A DNA stretch of 64,000 nt from Azolla caroliniana (taxonomy: Eukaryota; Plantae; Polypodiophyta). Shown here one piece after another: positions 60,806 through 64,000 of the stretch (the stretch's first letter is position 1; each line of letters begins with the position of its first letter). The position numbers were made by a program, and so were the translations under genes. A model generated the notes under the pieces. The model saw nothing but the letters and a program-made list of their open reading frames with translations. It searched no databases and had not been told where the DNA came from. The stretch spans positions 20,336,001 through 20,400,000 of the forward strand of contig JBHGNT010000007.1 in assembly GCA_043228905.1 (NCBI GenBank). Reading direction: 5' to 3'.

Positions 60806-61288
60806 TCAAGATTACAGAAAAATTGTATTACAAGGAAACAAGAATGACCAAGAGTTACAAAGAGAAGGAAAATGTGCTTATGTAGTCACCTTCTCTCTAG
60901 ATTCTCTTACTAGAGGCGCCTCTTGGGAAAGAGGTCGAGTCTTAACTAATTAATGAATATGTGTCATAGAACTTTAACTTCTATTACACACTAGTTACTA
61001 TACAAGGAGGTGGGATGGTCACACACTTGAGTATCCTAGAGTGTGTTCCCACACACGGGAAGTTGAGTTTGAGTCTCAACAGAACACATGGTGGTCAAGT
61101 AGTCTAAAGAGTTTGGCCTATATGAAGGGAACTAGATACCTCCTTCACTACATCATCTTGAGATTCTATTGGTAAGGCCAATCTTCTTCTTCCACATTTG
61201 TTCATCATAGCCTCTAAGGTATAATATAAGGTAATATGGTGGTATGGGACAACTATGGCATCTTATGTTTTTCTTTTGTGTTCATTTG

Positions 61289-64000
61289 TGTTGAGATACA
61301 AGCTCAACGTTGGCCGGATCAGCTGTGCAAGCCGAGAACCGGATCGGTTAGGCCGGACCGGTGTGTAAAATGGGTGCGTAAACCAGTATACAAACCGGTG
61401 CGTAACGAGAAGCCATAGCGGTGCGTAAACCGCGAGGCTGTTGGAAAGATATTCCGCATAGGAGTATATTTTGGGAGTTAGCGTAGAGCTCAGTTATGAG
61501 CATTGAAGTACGCGTCAGTACTTTTGTCAGTCCGTATGGACTTGTATAAAAGTGCTCACTGAGCACGTCCTATGTACAGATTGAGTATTATTTTGAATCG
61601 AGGTTTTTTCTGTGTGTTCTCTCTCTCTCTCTCCCGCGTACTTTGCATATACGAGCTCTCCATTAAACCTGCGTATTTTCTGTGTTCGATTTCCTATCGC
61701 TTCCGCACGCTATTCTTCACATGGTATCAGAGCGCGAGGGTTGAGAACCTTTGTAGCCGACATAGCTTGAAAGGGAAACTAACCAAGAAGAACAGGTAAA
61801 ACCGATGGATAGAGGCATGGCTAGCTCGCTTCCTACTGAGAAGCTCGACAGAAACAACTATGCGTTTTGGTCCTACAAGATGCATCGGTACCTGCTCGGG
61901 CACGATTACTGGAGCTATGTTGACGGAGCAAATGACACAGCACCCGAATTGACACACAGAGATTTACCGGCGTGGGAACAGTCGGCGAGCAGAGTACTGT
62001 ACTGCTTCACGTCTTGTGTGGGCGAACAACTTCTAAGCTACATTCGGGATGCAAAAACACCGAAAGATGCTTGGGGAAATCTGAAGAAGATTTTCGCCGC
62101 AAGCACTACAGCCAGAAAGCTTCAACTCTGACATGAGTTGAGCAACCTACGACACCATGATTTGTCGGTGGCTGATTACACCTCGAAGATCAAAGATATA
62201 TGCGACTCCTTAGCCTCCATCGATGTGAACGTCGAGGAAGGGGAGATCGTGCAGATCTGTCTCGGGGGACTGGCGTCGAAGTTCTGAGCGTTCCGAACTG
62301 TTGTGTGTACGCGGGAGAATATGTCGTCGTTTTTCGACTTACAGTCGATGCTCCTTATAGAGGAGAACCATGCGGGTGCGTCGACGAGCACGCATGCCGA
62401 CAACAAGATGCTATACACGGAGGGAGATAGGCCCCGTGGTCGTGGCGGACGAGGTGATCGGGGCGGCCGACGGGATCAAGGAAGAAGGCACTGAAGTGAT
62501 GCCACATCAATTCCGGAATCAGCATGGGAAATCCGCTACGGAATGCTGGTACTGTGGCAAGAAAGGCCACAAGGAGAGCGAGTGATGGAAAAAGCGCGCC
62601 AATTCGGAGAGAACCGGGTCCAGATCAAGTTCCGGACAGACCGACAAAGGAAATCGGCAGCGATCGCACTACGCCAAAGGATCCGGAAAAGGGTCAGTCT
62701 TCGTGACGAGACACGAAGCAAACTTGATGAAGAAGATCACCCCGAAGTCTAACGAGGTGTGGTACGTCGACTCCGGCACATCAAACCACATGACGTGCCA
62801 CAAGGAGTGGTTCTCGTACCTAGAAAAACCGATGCAACTGGGAGTAGTTGCAACCGGAGACGACACTCTGCATCCGATCGCGAATGTTGGTGAGGTTCCC
62901 CTGAGCCATGTCGGGCAGAAAGGGAAACCTATGAATGTGTTACACGTCCCGACACTCACGAAGAATCTGGTGTCGGTCAGGCAGATCGTCGACCAGGGGA
63001 TGCAAGTCTAGTTCACGCATCTCGGGTGCTTCATCGAAGAAGAAGGCCAAGTTATTGCACAAGGGCGCAGAGACGGGATGATGTTTATCCTTGACTCTAG
63101 TGACGGTGGCACCACAATGTTCACGAAAGGATAAAAAGTCGAGTCAGATATCGACTTATGGCACAAGCAGATAGGCCACGTCAACTATCAATGGCTTCAG
63201 GACCTGCAATCGAAACAAGTGGTGTTCAGATTGCCCAAATTTAGTGGCCGAAAGGCACGAATTTGTGAAGCCTGCCAACTCGGGAAGCAAGAACGACTTC
63301 CTTTCCCTAACGAGCATAACCGGAGCCGGAACAAGCTCGACTTGATACATTCCGATGTATGGGGGCCGACACAGAATGTTAGTCTTGGCGGGAGTCGATA
63401 TTTTGTCTCCTTCATCGACGACTATACGCGGCACACATGGATCTATCTCATCGAGAAGAAGAGTGAAGTCTTCAATTGTTTCCTGGACCTCAAAGGGTTT
63501 GTGGAAACGGAAACAGGAAGGCAGATCAAGTGCTTGCGGTCGGATGGCGGAAAAGAATACTTTTCCGGTTAATTCAATGGCTATCTACAACAGATGGGAA
63601 TTCAGCGCGAATTCAGTTGTAGATACACGCCGGAGCAAAACGGCGTGGCCGAGAGGAAGAACCGGTCCATTGTAGAAGTGGCACGGGCAATGTTGGAGGA
63701 GAAGAGCTTGCCCAATTTCTATTGGGCCGAGGCGGTACGAACTGTAGTATACATCCAGAATCGGATTGGAGACAAAGTGTCAGCGCATGAGCAGTATTTC
63801 AGAAGGAAGCCGAATCTACGACACTTGAGAGTTTTCGGTAGCATTGCGTATGTGCATGTACCGAAGGAGAAACGGAGGAAGTTGGACGCAAAAGCCAAGA
63901 AGTGTATGTTGGTCGGCTACTTGGACAAGCAGAAGGGTTATAAGTGTTATAACCCTCACACCAAACAAGCACGCGTGAGCCGTGACGTTATGTTTGATGA
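61289..64000 (+). mobile_element. copia G (family of element B), 5' part running off the window (LTR 61289-61721, PBS 61722-61733)
   Basis: TGTTG...TCACA LTR, TGGTATCAGAGC, gag MDRGMASSLPTEKLDR at 61805, CWYCGKKGH, WYVDSG, integrase; several stop codons. Confidence 0.93.

Larger units (their letters stand above)
47941..61081 (-). mobile_element. degenerate copia E (5' LTR 60716-61081, PBS 60704-60715, truncated 3' LTR 47941-48045), host to nested inserts
   Basis: gag 60590-59580, PR about 52700-52500, INT 51300-50600, RT/RH 50200-48400 (YVDD). Internal tandem duplications at about 47990-48400 and 49220-49700. LTR fragment matches 60977-61081. Confidence 0.9.

Overview
Land-plant nuclear DNA, probably a fern or other non-seed plant (inferred from the Tcn1-like chromoviruses, the copia types and the PLS-class PPR). 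Most of the window is nested LTR retrotransposons. Two host loci are present: (1) a minus-strand PLS-E/E+ PPR gene (6516-~9560) lying downstream of an orphan, frameshifted first exon of an Alba/Rpp25-like gene; (2) an 11-exon coatomer delta-COP gene (35625-40714, 521 aa). The TEs are: a very young tRNA-Met-primed chromovirus with identical TG...TA LTRs (13708-20758); a copia (22615-34659) hosting a young Tcn1/sushi-like chromovirus (27595-33699); a second copia (47941-61081) hosting an older relative of that chromovirus and three solo LTRs with 4-bp TSDs; and several truncated copia/gypsy fragments. Main candidates for novelty: tRNA-like Pol III A-box/B-box cassettes at tRNA spacing inside the LTRs of two unrelated families; a covarying Tf1-type self-priming site with a palindrome across the predicted TSS; a G_UUA_AAC slippery site plus pseudoknot; a periodic stem-loop array in a gypsy leader; doubled polypurine tracts in the copia elements; and an antisense PPR fragment inside the PPR locus. 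All coordinates were read by eye and no searches were run.
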